Part shown: one piece after another, positions 12,200 through 26,155 of the stretch
Layout of the letters: every line of letters begins with the position of its first letter
Numbering within the stretch: the stretch's first letter is position 1
NCBI GenBank assembly: GCA_015680685.1
Contig: MNCI01001640.1
Location: 1,563 to 65,562 of the forward strand
Direction: 5' to 3'
DNA length: 64,000 bases
Origin: Gnetum montanum
Taxonomy: Eukaryota; Plantae; Gnetophyta
The notes under the pieces: generated by a model
Database searches by the model: none
What the model was told of the DNA's origin: nothing
The model's input: only the letters and a program-made list of their open reading frames with translations
Translations under genes and position numbers: made by a program

Positions 12200-15100
12200 C
12201 ATGCTTACTTGACATAATTATATAAACTAGTATTTAGATAGCAAAGACAATGAAACCAGGTACAAAAGTATGTGTTTCGTATGTATCTATGTTCTAGATT
12301 TTGATTTAGAATACCAGTGCACCTCTTGTGTATGTTTGAAATTCACAAGAATTAGTTAAAAATGTAAATAAAATTTAGGCTTATTAAAAATTATCTATGA
12401 ATAAAAACTTTTATAAAAAGTGGAAAGATGTTTTACAAAATACACATGATGTGAAAAAAAGAAATGAAAAGTATATAGTATAAACATAAAACAAATTGCA
12501 TATTACAACATGAATAAATGTAATATGTATATGTTTTCTTTGCAGATAAACAAAAACTAATACTAAGTTCATTTTTCCTAGTTTCTCTTATTTTTCACAT
12601 TTTTTTTAAAATTTTGGCTTTGAAAATAGATTTTTATTTTTGTTGAAGTTGGAGTTCAGTTCACTAGTATCATGTATACATGAGTACAAGAGTTTGAATG
12701 AAATAGCTTGGTTTTATGCTAATTTCGATTTTTCAATTTTAATAAATTATTTTTGTACTAAAATAGTATATACAATCATGCTATGTGGGCATGTAGGGTA
12801 CATAGGTTAAATTTTTAGTGTCAAATATCTAATTTTATGGATTTCCAAATTTACGCTTATGTTTTGTATGTTATGAATATTTGGTATATCCTGAATTGAA
12901 TGATTTGAGATTTGAGGAAATTAGTTATAGTACTATGATTTTTATAATCTTAATATTATTCATTTTGAGTATGGCTTCTATTATGGTTGCTTTTGGGGAT
13001 TTTTGTTATCTCTTATGGGAATTAAATATTTTTACTTATTATTGTATTAATAAATTTTAAAAGCACATAACTTTGTCTTTAAAAGTCCAACTGAGGTGAA
13101 ATTAGTGTCGTTGTATTCATCTTCTTATGTACTTTCTAATTATGGAATTTATTTTATGTTCTGGTATCAATATTTTAGAGGTTACCTCACTTATTATTTT
13201 CAGGAAATTATATTTAATCCATGATGTATGCTACTAGTAAGAAATTTGTTACGCCATGTTATGATATTGTCTCCATGAAATGTGTATGTGATTGTGACAT
13301 ATGATGGCTTAAGCTAGCCTGGATTGGTACATGTATTCACAAAAATACTTTTAATGGTTATTAGTAGATGATGCTAACAAGAAAGTGTGGATCAGTTGGT
13401 GATAATACACCTTGGAGGTAGTCATAAATTAACCCTCATTGCAATGCATTAGTGAGGCTCCTATTTCATGTCTCATCCTAAGAGTAGGAAAGTCTAGGTG
13501 TATTCTTTTCCCTGTTGCCACATCTTTAGAAGACAAGTAGTTACAAGTCATGGGTTGAAGAACCTTCATACTTGTCATGCAAATAAAAATACTAATAAAT
13601 GACTTGTAGGAAAATCATTAATTATGAGTACTAATGAAAATGTTACACATACTCTACTGAATGTAAATATGATAGCTATGTCCTAGGTTATATGCATAGT
13701 TAAATATATCCTATGATTGAACTATTGATGTGTGATCGATGTGATGTTGGACGGTATGATGTGGATACAAATGTGTGGGTATGATGTCGTATGGAAGGCA
13801 TCTGGTGCCATGGAAATATGATTAATTACACATTAAAATGATTATATCTATGTTTATGTGTTGGCCAAGTGTTCACTTTTGTATGAATTTTGTCAATACT
13901 GTGTATCATGTTATATGTGCATGTGTCATTTTAAGCACATGTGAGACTGACTATTATTATAGTTTGCTTTTATTCCTACAAAATTTTTCTTCTAAAATCT
14001 TGTAAGGACACATATGAATTAGATGTTAAGTATCTAAACTCGTATTCATAAATGATCTTTAGATCAATATGATCCTTGACAAGTTAATGATTTTGACATA
14101 AAAGGGCACAAATGTCCAATCAAATAGGGACTTAGGTTGATACCCATGAACTAGGAATGATAGGGGAATGATGATAAATGATAATTCTAGGTGATAGAAT
14201 CAATAGTGTCTAGCTGATGTAAATAAAAACTAAGTATAGCAATGAACTATGAGTAATGTAAAATAAAAGTTAAGGAAGAGAATTATGCTTCTAATAACTT
14301 AAAATGAAATATAAATGATAAACAAAAGGATTAATATGGGGTAAATGATTTTGATAGTCCCTTCCCACTGATTAATGTGCTTTAATGATAAAATTTAAAG
14401 TTCACCTTCCATTAAGGGCCAAAACTATAAAGGTTGATGAAAAAATGTGTGACAGATAAAACTACTAATGGGGAATAAATTTATTAGTAAAGTACAAGTT
14501 TTGATGATGAAATTTTATCTTTAAGAGATGTAGGTATAAGTAGGAAATTTGTAGACACCATTTGGAATTGATTCAATGTCCAAACAAGGTTATTTTAGAG
14601 AATGACATTGAAGCTAAAAGAAACTAACACTAGTGTTGATGATACAAACTGATACAGATGACGCGGTGTGACATGGTGACATAGAAGACATGACATGATG
14701 ATGTAGATGATGCAACACTCACACCATATATTTGTCTATGCTGAAGATGTTAAAGGTGATTGAGGAGCATCTAGGCAACATAGGTGACACTAATGTAGGT
14801 TCTTTGGATATCTTGAAATTCAAAAAAGTGCTTTTTAACTTTCAAAAATATAATCTTAAATTGATGTTTTTAGCTAGTATTTATAGGCTAAGGGTTTCTT
14901 AATTTGACCTTAAAATTTAGTGTAGTTGACTAAAATTTATTTTTGGAAACTAGATGTTCAAGTGCACATTGATGATTGTTATAAAAATTTGCTTAAGGTA
15001 AGCTATGCAATGCTCATGGCATCTAGTTGATACTTTTAAAAATTTTCTTTCTCATGTTCCTTAAAGCTGATGTCAATTTGACTAAGGCAGGTGACACTGA

Positions 15101-16900
15101 TATATAACTTGGATGACACTTAGAGATATTTTCTATCTCATGTCTCCCAAAGCTAATGGAAATTCGACCAAAGTTATGCTAACATGATGACACAATGCTT
15201 GTGTTGCATCACCTAGATAAGGTATGGTGAAAATTTCACAAAGGTATGTGACTTTGAAATGGTGATGCAATGCTTGGGTCTCATGTCTGTGTCACCTATT
15301 TGTACTTAGAAAAACTTTTTGTTTCATGTGTCATGACATTTTTTTGAAACTAGTCAAGTTTGATGCATGTCACCTTGGGATTGACATAGATTGATCATTG
15401 GAGATTCAAACATGAGTCTGGGACCTAGAGACAAGTTTGAGGTGGATGCTAAAAATTTAATTAACATAGGTAATGTGAATGTAGTGATGTAATTCTCACA
15501 TTGTGTTGCCTAGGTGACACTTAGTTGAATTTTCATTTCTATTGGAAGTTGCCAAAACTAATGCTTATTTGTTGTATCATGACTTGGAACATTACCTTGG
15601 GGCCTATCCATGACTTCTAATGATGATTTTGAGACATTTTTATAACCTAAAAGAATGTAACAATGTCAAAGTTACACTAATCTTGGTCATTGGAAAGTCA
15701 AAAAATGGATAAACATACCTTCTCCTAACATATGCTATTGAGATACTAAAGGAGGATCAATTAAAAAGAGAATGCATGATGTTCAATGATGAAATTCCAC
15801 AAGAAAGAGGAAGAAAATGGCAAATGAGAGAAAACCGATAAGACATCACTGATACACCAGTCATGAGGATAGTGCTATGTTGCAGATGGGAGGCATGGAT
15901 AAATCCTACACACAAGATGGTTGAAAGGATGTCATTGATAATGCTTCACATCCTTTTCCACTCACTCTTAACACACCCTTACTAAAATAGAATAGAATCA
16001 CTTAATCTTCATTGATGTATTGATGAGAGGAAGGAAATGGGATAGAATGGAAGTTAGAGGAAGAATAAAGAAACATAAGAGAGGAGACATGAAATATAGA
16101 GTTATGAAATTGAGAAAATAATATAGCTTCGAGAGAAATGAGGATTTTATCTATAAACGAAATTGAGATGCTATGCCACAGAAATAGAGCACAGATAAAT
16201 CCAATACTCTAATGATGTAGATACTAATATATTAAAAAATAATTTTTTCCTTGTCTCTCTCAAACTCAAGACATTCTTACATGAAGTACAAATAGTAGTT
16301 CACTCATTGCTCTCTACATGAGGTCAATTGCTTGTAAATATCCTTAGCATAGCATTTTGATGCGAGGAAATATTAGTAGAATGGGGTAAGCAAATATTAG
16401 GAAAAGCAAATGAACTTGAATTAGAAAGATGTAGAATAATAATAGTAAAAAATATAGAGATAGAGGATGAAAATAAAGATAATATGGAAATCAAAAGAAA
16501 TACAATAATACATAAGTAAAATACAAGGTAAGGATTAGAGAACACATTATAATTTTTATCTTTGTATTGCTACAATTGATAAGGATCCCACTAGTTTTAG
16601 ACCAATGGGGTTGATAATCTAAATCATATTATGATTTAGTTATAAGATTCAAGGATGATGTTAAGTGGATTACCAAGAACACTCACATATATTTTTGTGT
16701 TCAAGAAACATAAAAAATAATATAATACGTATAATACATTTTGAAATCCATGTTACCATAGTGGATGATAAAGATAATATTTATAAATTTTATGTTTTAT
16801 AATTTTTATGGATTTTATAATTATTAGAAATAAAAAAATAGTAAAGACACATTGAAATCCCTCTTAGGGATAGGTGTAATGATCATGTTATAATCCATTT
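12200..16900. mobile_element. Very old, AT-rich LTR-retrotransposon debris (LTR-like pieces, possible gag remnant ~15800-16500)
   Basis: Strong CG depletion, an LTR-type minus-strand TATA (TATTTATAGG ~14878), no intact ORFs. Boundaries are not resolvable. Confidence 0.35.
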
Positions 16901-16910
16901 TAGGGACAAG

Positions 16911-17885
16911 TGTAATACCACACATGAAATGTAGTAAAAATGGCTTTAATTCATAACCTTAATGACCCAACACCATGTTGTACAATTTTGACCTCCTTGG
17001 ACAAGGATCAATCATTGCAACTTAAGAAAATAAGAAATATATATATATATATATATGGTTTTAATGCTTTATGAATGTTTTTGGTGTTTTAATGTTTAGG
17101 ACATCAACTGTAGAACAAGAGAAAATTATAAGCTTTATTTACTATGCAAACACTAGACTCTACATTGATTAAATGGTTCTAAGCTACATAAGCATGGTAA
17201 CACTTTGATAGAGTTTAGCCATACTTATGAAAGTGGCAACTCAAAACATACAAGATAGGGAAGAAAATCAGCTTACCTAATGGAGAAAGAGCTCTTCAAA
17301 CAAAACTAGACAACAAAAGCTAAATGAAAAATATTAACATTAACTTGTTAAACAAAAGAGTTTATGTTAGGTATTTATAGTTTTCTCATGAAAACGAAAG
17401 GGATTCATCAATGCCTAGGTATTAATGGAGGCTCATTGATGCAACCTAAATAGATCTTGGACACATGAGAGGCAAAGTCAAGCAAACTAGGCCTACCAAG
17501 GGGATGCATTAGTGCCAAATCATACTTAGTACTTTGATTTTGGGTGTAAGCTAGAACCAATAGAAACATGTTGAAATAATTTTAGGATTCTTGGATGAAG
17601 CTAGCATCTTCCTAGAGAGATTGGAATTATGCATAGAGCCTTGGAGTTTAATCCAAGGGATAAGGATACATATTGGAAGACCATGGACCTCTATCGAACA
17701 TACTAGAATATAAACATAGGATACATGAAATACTTTTTTGAATCTAGGACTTACAATTAACATACAAAATACCACTAGATGACTCATAATTTCTCCATGA
17801 CTAAGTAAAGATAGTCTTATAGCATCAACACTTAAAACAAAAAATCTAGACTAGACACATGACATGATCAATGTAGGGGGTTATA
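16911..17885 (-). mobile_element. Probable solo LTR (~975 bp)
   Basis: Begins TGTAATACC and ends GGGGTTATA (decayed ...TTACA). Flanks ACAAG/ATGAG both derive from ACGAG by CpG decay, consistent with a 5-bp TSD. Minus-strand TATA at ~17372; contains a (TA)n microsatellite at ~17037-17056. Confidence 0.55.
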
Positions 17886-18221
17886 ATGAGACAAATATAT
17901 AGACCATGAATATAATACAGTAGAATCCACCTCATTGAGAAGTGCCATGGGATGATGGCTAAGATAAGAAGACCCTTTATGTGCTTGCTTGGCATGGAAA
18001 GAAGGCTAAAGAGCTAAGTGTAGACATGTGGAATCTTTGAAGTTATGCCTCAAAGTTCAACACCCTTGGTCAAAGCTATTGATCCTACTTATACATTAGT
18101 CCATACTCCCATAGGATTCCTTAATTCCATTCTTCAACATTAGCTAAGAACTACTCATGACTCCTATTTACCTACTAGGACTTTCACTAGACTACATCCA
18201 AATCATTATAGGTATGTAATG

Positions 18222-18741
18222 TGTAACATCTTGCTCTTGGATGTTGTAAAAATATAATTGCTTAATTTATTTCATTCATCTTTATCTTAGAAAATATTCT
18301 ATAAATATTATAAATACTTAATAAATAAATTAACTTGTAAATAAATAATTAATACTAAAGAATGAAACAAAAAAATGGAAATATTTTATTAATAAAAAAG
18401 AATACTATAACACCCTTTAGGTTATCTTCCTATGGCACTTAAGCCTTAGAGGCAATCTAGCACTGCCACCATGGTTAGTTTGTCCTATAAAAGGGGTGAT
18501 TAGTCACTTTTTGTCCCACTTCACTAGCTCCCATTTGTAGCTCCCATTACTTGCCTCTCTTAGTTCCACAACTCCATGCCTAGCATGACCTCTAACCTTG
18601 GACTTAAATGGCATAGGTCAAACCCTTTCTCAAGGGATACATGAATAATTATAACCCCTCATAATGAGGTGACCCTTCATTTAAAGGTTAATTACATTGT
18701 TTATAATTGTTACCACCCTTAACAAGGGATGGGATGTTACA
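18222..18741 (-). mobile_element. 3' LTR of a Tekay/Del-type chromovirus
   Basis: Terminal inverted repeat TGTAACATC...GATGTTACA; preceded on the minus strand by the PPT AAGGGGGTTAGAT (18742-18754). Confidence 0.65.
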
Positions 18742-20530
18742 ATCTAACCCCCTTAGGCATCTATCTCATCTTCAAGTACTTCCTCTATATCTAGTTGCTT
18801 AGTCCCTACTTCATTGTTATGCTCCTCAGCTTCAATTCCTTTATTTTTATCTTCATCATCTATACAAATAAAAGATCAAAAATTATAAAACATAATTTAT
18901 TACATTCATAAAAAATGCAATTTATCATTCAATATCATGATGTTTAAAAAGTTGAGGATAAGAATGTAAAATAAACTCTCTGTTTTCCCAAGTATATTGA
19001 TCACAATTTGACCATTGAACAAGTACTTCACTAATAGTTTTATTTTGTAATTTCTTGGTTCATTGGTCCTTAATAGTAATGGGTCTAATTTCAAAGATGG
19101 CATTGGATTGTAATGGCAAAGTATTCCAATCCAACACATATGGCACATCATGTTCATAAAATTTATTTAGCATGCTCACATGAAAAACTAGATGAATTTT
19201 AAAGGTTTTTAGAAGATTCAATTGATATGCTACTTCACCAATTCTTTTAGAGATTTCAAAAGGTCCATAAAATCTAGGTGCCAATTTAGTATATTTTCCC
19301 AATTTAAGAGAACTTCTGGTAGGTTTTACTTTTAGTAATACTTGAACACCTACTTGGAATTTTTTTAAGTTGATGTTGATATGCATATCCTTTATATTTA
19401 TGTTGGGTAGCTTGCAAATTTTGTTTAACTCTTTTGATAATGTTTTCCATGATTTTCATTTCTTCTTTCTTCCATTCCATTCTTAGTATTGGATCTACCC
19501 AGGTTAATGGTGTATGAAAATTATGTCCATATACTAGTTCAAATGGTGTTCGATGCAGAGAACCTTAATAATTGTTATTATATGAAAATGTTGCCAGATA
19601 TAAATAATTCTCCCATGTTTTTAGCCTACTCCCGACATAGCTTTGTAGGATATCTTCTAATATTCTATTCATATGTTTTGTTTGTCCATTAGTTTTAGGA
19701 CAATAAGTTGTGCTAAATTTTAACTATATTCCAAGCTCTTTGAAGAAATTTCTCTAGAATTTGGATATGAACTTGGGATGTTTGTCTGAAGTGATAGATT
19801 TTGGACAACCATGCAATCGAATACTTCATGTACAAATTTTTGGGCTACTTCTTCTACTGTGTTTGTAGATTTCAAAGGTATAAAATGTTCCATCTTTGAT
19901 AGATGATCAACTACTAAAAAAATTAAGTCATTTTAATTTTTGGTTATTGGCAATCCCACAATGAAATCCATGGTGATATCTTCCTATTTCCCAGTTGGGG
20001 CTTTGAGAGGTTGTAATTATCCAATAGGTTCACTCTATTCAGCTTTTATTCTTTAACATGTTGGACAATATTTAGTGTATGAGGACACATCATTCTTCAT
20101 TTTAGGGTAAAAAATAGGATTTGTGAATTATCATAGAGGTCCTAATATAACATGGGTGTCCTGCATATGGTACTTTGTGTGCTTCACACAACAACCTTAG
20201 TCTCCAATTTCCTTCTGGTGTGCATACTCTTTGTCCTTTCATCAATAAACCATTAGAAGGAAGTTAATATTGAGTCTCATAGGAAATATTCATTAAAATA
20301 TTTTTAAAATAAGGGTCTTCTTTTATTATTCCTTGATTTCTTCTTCCATAGCAGTCATTACCACACCTATCATTAAATTCCAAATTCAGCTAAAGGAATC
20401 AACTACCACATTTTTCTTAGTAGGAATATATTTGGTTTCAAAATCATATTCAGCCAATAATTCTATCAATCACCTTTGACGAGTATTCAAAATAGGTTTT
20501 CTTTGTAAATATTCTAAACTTTTATTCATG
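18742..20530 (-). mobile_element. Tekay/Del chromovirus pol 3' part: RNase H end, integrase, chromodomain (degenerate)
   Basis: LNTRQR..LLAEYDF; EAHKVPYAGHP; ITMDFIVGLP; KLAPRFYGPFEI...HLVFHVSML (19060-19386); chromodomain KTISEVLVQWSN..TWE (~18950-19060). Confidence 0.9.
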
Positions 20531-20779
20531 AATTATTCTAAACTTGTGCACTTAATGATAAAATTTTTATTTCTCTTGTTACCAAATTTCCAATTTGAAT
20601 TTCTGTAAATAATTGAGTGCATTCTCTATTTAAACTATTAATTATGGATGCAAAAGATTTTTTTTTTGAAAAATTCCTATCTGTTGATGAGAATTTCAAA
20701 ATTCCTATCATTTTTCAAAAAAAATCAATTTTTCCATTGACTGATGGATGATCCATTCCAGGGTCTACACGGTGGTGCA

Positions 20780-21240
20780 AGAGGTGGTGATGGACAACAT
20801 AAGAGGTGGTGATGGATGGCATAGGAGGTTGTGATGAGTGGCATGGAAGGCAGTGATGGACAATGCAAAAGGCAGTGATGGGTGGTGTGGGAGTTAGTGA
20901 TGCATGACCTAGGAGGCAGTGATGAATGGTGTGGGAGGTAGTGATGGGTAGCATGGGAGGTAGTGATGGCAACCACATCCATCCATCACATCATGGCTAC
21001 CAGCATCACGTCATTACACTATGCTACGCTATGCCTGCTACCTACTATGCACTTTGTCCATCACTACCTCCCATGCTACCCATCACTACCTCCTATTTCA
21101 TCCATCACTACCTCCCATACCATCCATCACTGACTCTCGTGCCATCATCATTTCCTCCTGCATTGCCCATCATTTTCTACCATGCCATCCCTCACTACCT
21201 TCTATGTTGTCCATCACTGATTCCCATGCCATCCATTAGT
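20780..21240. repeat. ~21-bp minisatellite in two opposed orientations (fold-back)
   Basis: GGAGGTAGTGATGGATGGCAT-like units at ~20780-20970, then reverse-complement CCATCCATCACTACCTCCCAT-like units at ~20975-21240. Confidence 0.8.
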
Positions 21241-21244
21241 TATT

Positions 21245-24200
21245 GTGCTTAAAAAGGGAGGTAAATGGAGGGTGTGTATAGACTTTAGGCTACTAAACAT
21301 GGCAATATTTAAACACCATTTTCCATTGTCATTCATTGACCAAGTCTTAGATATCATTGCAGGGAATTACTATTATAGTTTTATGGATGGTTATAGTGGG
21401 TATAATCAAATTCAAGTAGCACTAGAAGACCAAGCCAAGACTACATTCACAAGTTCTTGGGGGACATTTGCATATAGGTAGATGCCATTTAGCTTGTGCA
21501 ATGCCCCAACAACCTTTCAATGTCTAGTTCTAAGTATATTTCAGTAGAAAATATGGAATGATATGGAGATCTTTATGGATGATTTATCCACCTACGGAGT
21601 GGAATTTGAACAAGCATTGGACTGATTAGAGTAAGTATTGAAATGATGTGTAGAAACTAACCTAAGGCTCAATTGGTAGAAAAGCCACTTAATGGTCAAA
21701 GAGGGCATTGTATTAGGGCATAAAATTTCACAAATAGGGATGGAGGTAGATCCTAACAAAATTAAAGTCATCCAACGAATCACTCATCAACCTGAAACTA
21801 TAAAAGATGTCTGATCATTCCTTGGACATACTGGCGAATGTAGGTGCTTCATCAAGAACTTTTTGAAGACTACAAAACCAGTGTTAGAATTAATAAAAAT
21901 GGATGTACCCTTTCAATGGACCAAGAAATGTGAGCTAGCTTTCCAAACCTTGAAGCATAAGCTCATAGAAATACCCATTCTACAAGGTCTTGAATGGTCC
22001 AGACCATTCCACACAATGACTAATGAATCCAAGTTTGCTTAAGGAGTCATACTGACATAACTAGATGACCAAAAATGACCCTATTACATGCACTATGCAA
22101 GTTGAAGTATTGCTGGTGCATCACTCAACTACACTACAACAAAAAAAGAGGTAATGATTGTCGTGTTTGCACTAGAAAAATTTAGGCACTATGTATTTAG
22201 CTATAAGATATTTGTACACATGGATCATAGTGTAATACAGTTCCTAATAAATAAACCAATGATGAACCATCACATAATATGATGGCTCATGATCTTAAAA
22301 GAGTTTGATCTTATGATGATCGATTGTAAAGGCACTAAGAATGTTGTTGCTCATCATTTATCTCGGTTACGATGGGTGAAGAAAGAGGAAAAATATCCAA
22401 TTTTTGACTACTTCCCTAATGAACTCCTCTTTGTAGGTGTAACAAACAATTAATTAACCATAGATACAAATTGACATAGTAGCATTCTATCCTACCTTCT
22501 TACACAAGAAATACCAAAAGGGCTAGATGTTAGAAAGAAACAACAGTTTCTTCACTGAGCCAAATATTTCATGGAAATCGACAGATACCTTTATAAGGTA
22601 TGTCCCAATGGCTTGGTTTGATGGTGTGTTCCTGATGTAGATCAATTGAGATTTCTCCAAGATTCTCATGAGGGCCCTTATGGGGGTCATTAAACTGGGA
22701 GATGAACATCTATTAAAATCTTGCTTGTAGGATATTATTGGCCTATGTTGTTTTGGGACACCCATCATTTTGTTCAATCTTGTGAGTGCCATCAATGTGA
22801 TGGGGGAATGATTGCTAAAATGGAAGGTTCACAATAATGGATTCAACCCTTAGAACCCTTCGACATATGGGGAATTGATTTTATGGGGCCTATTACACCA
22901 ATGTCCAATGAAAAAACATATATTATTATTGTCATTGACTATTTTACAAAGTGGGTAGAAGCAACCATTATTATGAAATGTACATCATCTACTACTGTAC
23001 AATTTGTTCAATAACAAATCATAAATAAGTTTGGCATGTCTTGTGCACTTATTTCTGATAATGACACACTTTACAAGTGTGACTTTTTGGAAGTTGATGC
23101 AACACTTAGGAGTTGAGCATAAAATAACTACACCATATTATTCTCAAGAAAATTATCAAATCAAAGTCACCAATAGGGAAATTACAAAAATATTAACATG
23201 AACCATCAACAAATATAGGTGAGATTGGAGCACTAAACTAAATAATGCTGTTTAGGCATACCACTCCACATGGAAACTCCCTATAGGCTATTCTCCCTAT
23301 GAGTTAGTGTATGGTAAACTTCCAATACTTCCTATCGAAATTGAGCTCTGTTCGCTATCTATAGCATGTGACCTCAACCTTGACTTAAGTTTAGCATAAA
23401 AAAAACAATTAATGAACCTTAACTTGCTAGATGAAAATCAATTAGCTGCCCTGTCATCCAACAAATTGCACAAGGCCTTCAACCACCAATTTCATGACTT
23501 GAAAATTAGAAAAGTTAAATACCAACTAGGAGATAAGGTTCATTATTGGAATCCCACACATGTTCCACAACGAACTAAATTTCAAATGCTGTGAGAAGGA
23601 CCTTATATCATTCATGAAAATTTTCCTTCAGGAGCCATGATGATCTATAAACCTAGAAGCCTAGATAAGAAATTATTGGTCAACATTCAACAAACCAAAC
23701 CCTTCCATGCACCCAAAATGGCCAGTACTAACACTACCTCTATTAATGAACAACACTGGCCATTATTTTGGATCTCCTCCTTCCAACTTATTCATGAGGG
23801 AGATGGCCACCAATGGTAATCATTCTAAGCCCTTAATTTCCTTTGTATTTTTTGTTTTACACATTTTTATTTTACACATTCTTCATATTTACTTGTTTTT
23901 TGTTTTACCCCATCATTAACATTTTTGTTATTTCTTTCTCTATTAATTTTTTTTGAATTACTCTCACTCATCATAGAGTAAGTGCTCATGATGGTGGATT
24001 GTACTATAATGATGTTGATTACTAATGTTTGATTTACCTTTGACTTTTAATGTTGATGGTAAGATATGGATCTTTTTTGATAAAATAGGCAATGAATCCA
24101 TGTCATCCATTCATCCATACAACTCTATGGTCTCCCTTTGTTTTGGAAATGTACTATCCCTTTTTCTAAAAAAAATTATTAATGAATTGGTGGCATGGTA

Positions 24201-25326
24201 TTCTTCAAATGAAGGAAAGAGTCAAATGGATTGAAAAGGATGTGACTTCAAGGGGATTCAATGCATTTGTGTTGGCTATTATCTTGGGTACTTAGATGTT
24301 TTTCATAGGTTTTCTGCCATTCCACTATTAGCCGATATTAGGAAGTTGAATAAATCAAATAAGTCTTTGTATGTTGTGGTTCCCACTTAAAAATAAATTG
24401 GTGGGAATTCAAAGCATACCCCTTAGACACAATAATAGAACATGGGCTACAAGCACATGTTATGGAACTAGAAAGACATGTTACCCATGCCTAAAGGTTC
24501 CCTCTAACTAAGGCCCTTTCTCGGTTCTTGCTTCTCTATCTTTCTCTTATTGGAATGGTGGTTTCTTTGTAGAAGCATTCTCGTTTCTTTAGGAGGATTG
24601 GTTGGTCACGTGTGTTGATGCAAGGTCACTGGATGTGGCTATTTTTGATTTGGATTCAAGCTGAATTTTATTAAGTCACCTTAATCACATACTGCACAAG
24701 GGACTTTACACAACCTTGATTTTGGTATTCCATTCCATTCTCTTCTCTTTCCATGTTTCTTCCCATATTTCACCTCATTGTCAATTTTATGATTAGTCTA
24801 TATCTTGGTTGATGTATTGTTATTATTTGGTAAACTCTTGTGGGTAAGTTCTTAACCATTGTCTCCATATGTCATTCCTAGAGCCTACGGACTCTTTGGT
24901 TTGTGGGTTTGTCAGGGCATAGAGGGCATGGGCCTACTTTGGGGAGGATCCAGTAGCATTCCTTTTTGGTGGACTTATTAAGCTCTTTCCCTTAAACATT
25001 TATTCCAATAAACTATTTCTTGTTTCACCCCATCCATAACATCCATCTTTGTTTTTTATTTTATTGGCTTCACCGTTGATTATGTCTCTCATCTTTCTTG
25101 TTCTTTCATTTTCCACCCTATTGCTATTGGAGGTTCACTCTTAGTTGTGGGGGCTTGTCACAAATTTTTCTACTTCATTACTTATCTCACACCTACACCT
25201 TGGGTAGTTATTAGTTACAAACCTCTAACCCAGTAACCACCATATCCACAACCTAGCCAAGGTGCTTCATATTGAGATAAGGTATCAATTACATTATATC
25301 TTATCTATCCTCACTAATTTGTGACT
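21245..25326 (+). mobile_element. Athila-like gypsy, 5'-truncated: RT-RNase H-integrase, 3' region, PPT and short LTR remnant
   Basis: KKGGKWRVCIDFR...HFPLSFIDQVLD...MDGYSGYNQI...MPFSLCNAPTTFQ, FMDD; RNase H NYTTT.KE; INT HEGPYGGH, WGIDFMGP, GPY (ends ~23700). PPT-like GTGGGGGCT before TGTCACAAATT (25156), with inverted AATTTGTGAC at ~25316-25325. Confidence 0.85.
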
Positions 25327-25635
25327 ATGTTGTATGTGTAGATGGTGCTCACATGAACAATGGACTAGGATAGGAGAGAGATCTTAAGATGGACTAGAGT
25401 AAAAAGCATTTACACAAGGAACAAGCCTAATCATGGGGCCATGGATGAACAACGATGTGCACATTTTTGACCTCTGTAGAAATGTGTCTAATTTTCTTAT
25501 CTCTCTTTCTCTTCAAGCTATTAAATGAGGGTTTGGATGTCATCTATGTACAATGTTCACCACAATGGTTATGAACACCAATGTTCTAATATGTTCATCA
25601 ATCCATTCATCGGGCACTTTGGGTCTATCATTCCA

Positions 25636-25983
25636 TGTCACTATTAGTTGTCATTCAATTAATAATCCCACACCTTCCCAATATTTTGTAAGAAACTCAA
25701 GGATAATTTTTCATTCAATCATGGGGATATGATGAGTCCCGATATCGGTTTCTCGATATTGGACTCATCATACTAGGCCCTTCATATTGGAGCCATGATA
25801 TTGGGCCCTCAATATCGAATACGCAATATCGGAGTGGCTGAAGTGATATTGAGCATGCGATGTTAGAACCTGTCTCATCACCTCTAAATAAGAGACAAGG
25901 GAACTTGATTTTGTAGTTAGTTTATTAGTCCCTTAGTTGAACAACATCTTTGGAAGATCAACAAGGTTCTAGGGATAGTGACA
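25636..25983 (+). mobile_element. Small LTR-like unit with an internal 14-bp repeat
   Basis: TIR TGTCACTAT...ATAGTGACA; TATA-like CTAAATAAG at ~25884; about 9 units with a (C)GATATYGG core at 25740-25870. No convincing TSD. Confidence 0.4.
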
Positions 25984-26155
25984 TTGTAAATGTCCAAAAG
26001 GGTTTTTCCTTGGTGATGCAAACTTCATTCTGGAACTACAACGCCCCATCCCATCTTGCCCAAGAGGCATGGATAGGTGATGGAAGATCAAAAGTATCCT
26101 CCCTCAGTTATGCGTAGGATCACATATGTTGAATCATAGATGTTGACTTGTGAAC

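Noticed and set aside
20715-21252. His/Pro-rich ORFs
   Set aside because: They are translations of the minisatellite on both strands.
25730-25770. TGATGAGTCC...GGACTCATCA as a hammerhead ribozyme (retrozyme)
   Set aside because: It is only an inverted repeat within the 14-bp array; the CTGATGA/GAAA core and three-stem layout are absent.
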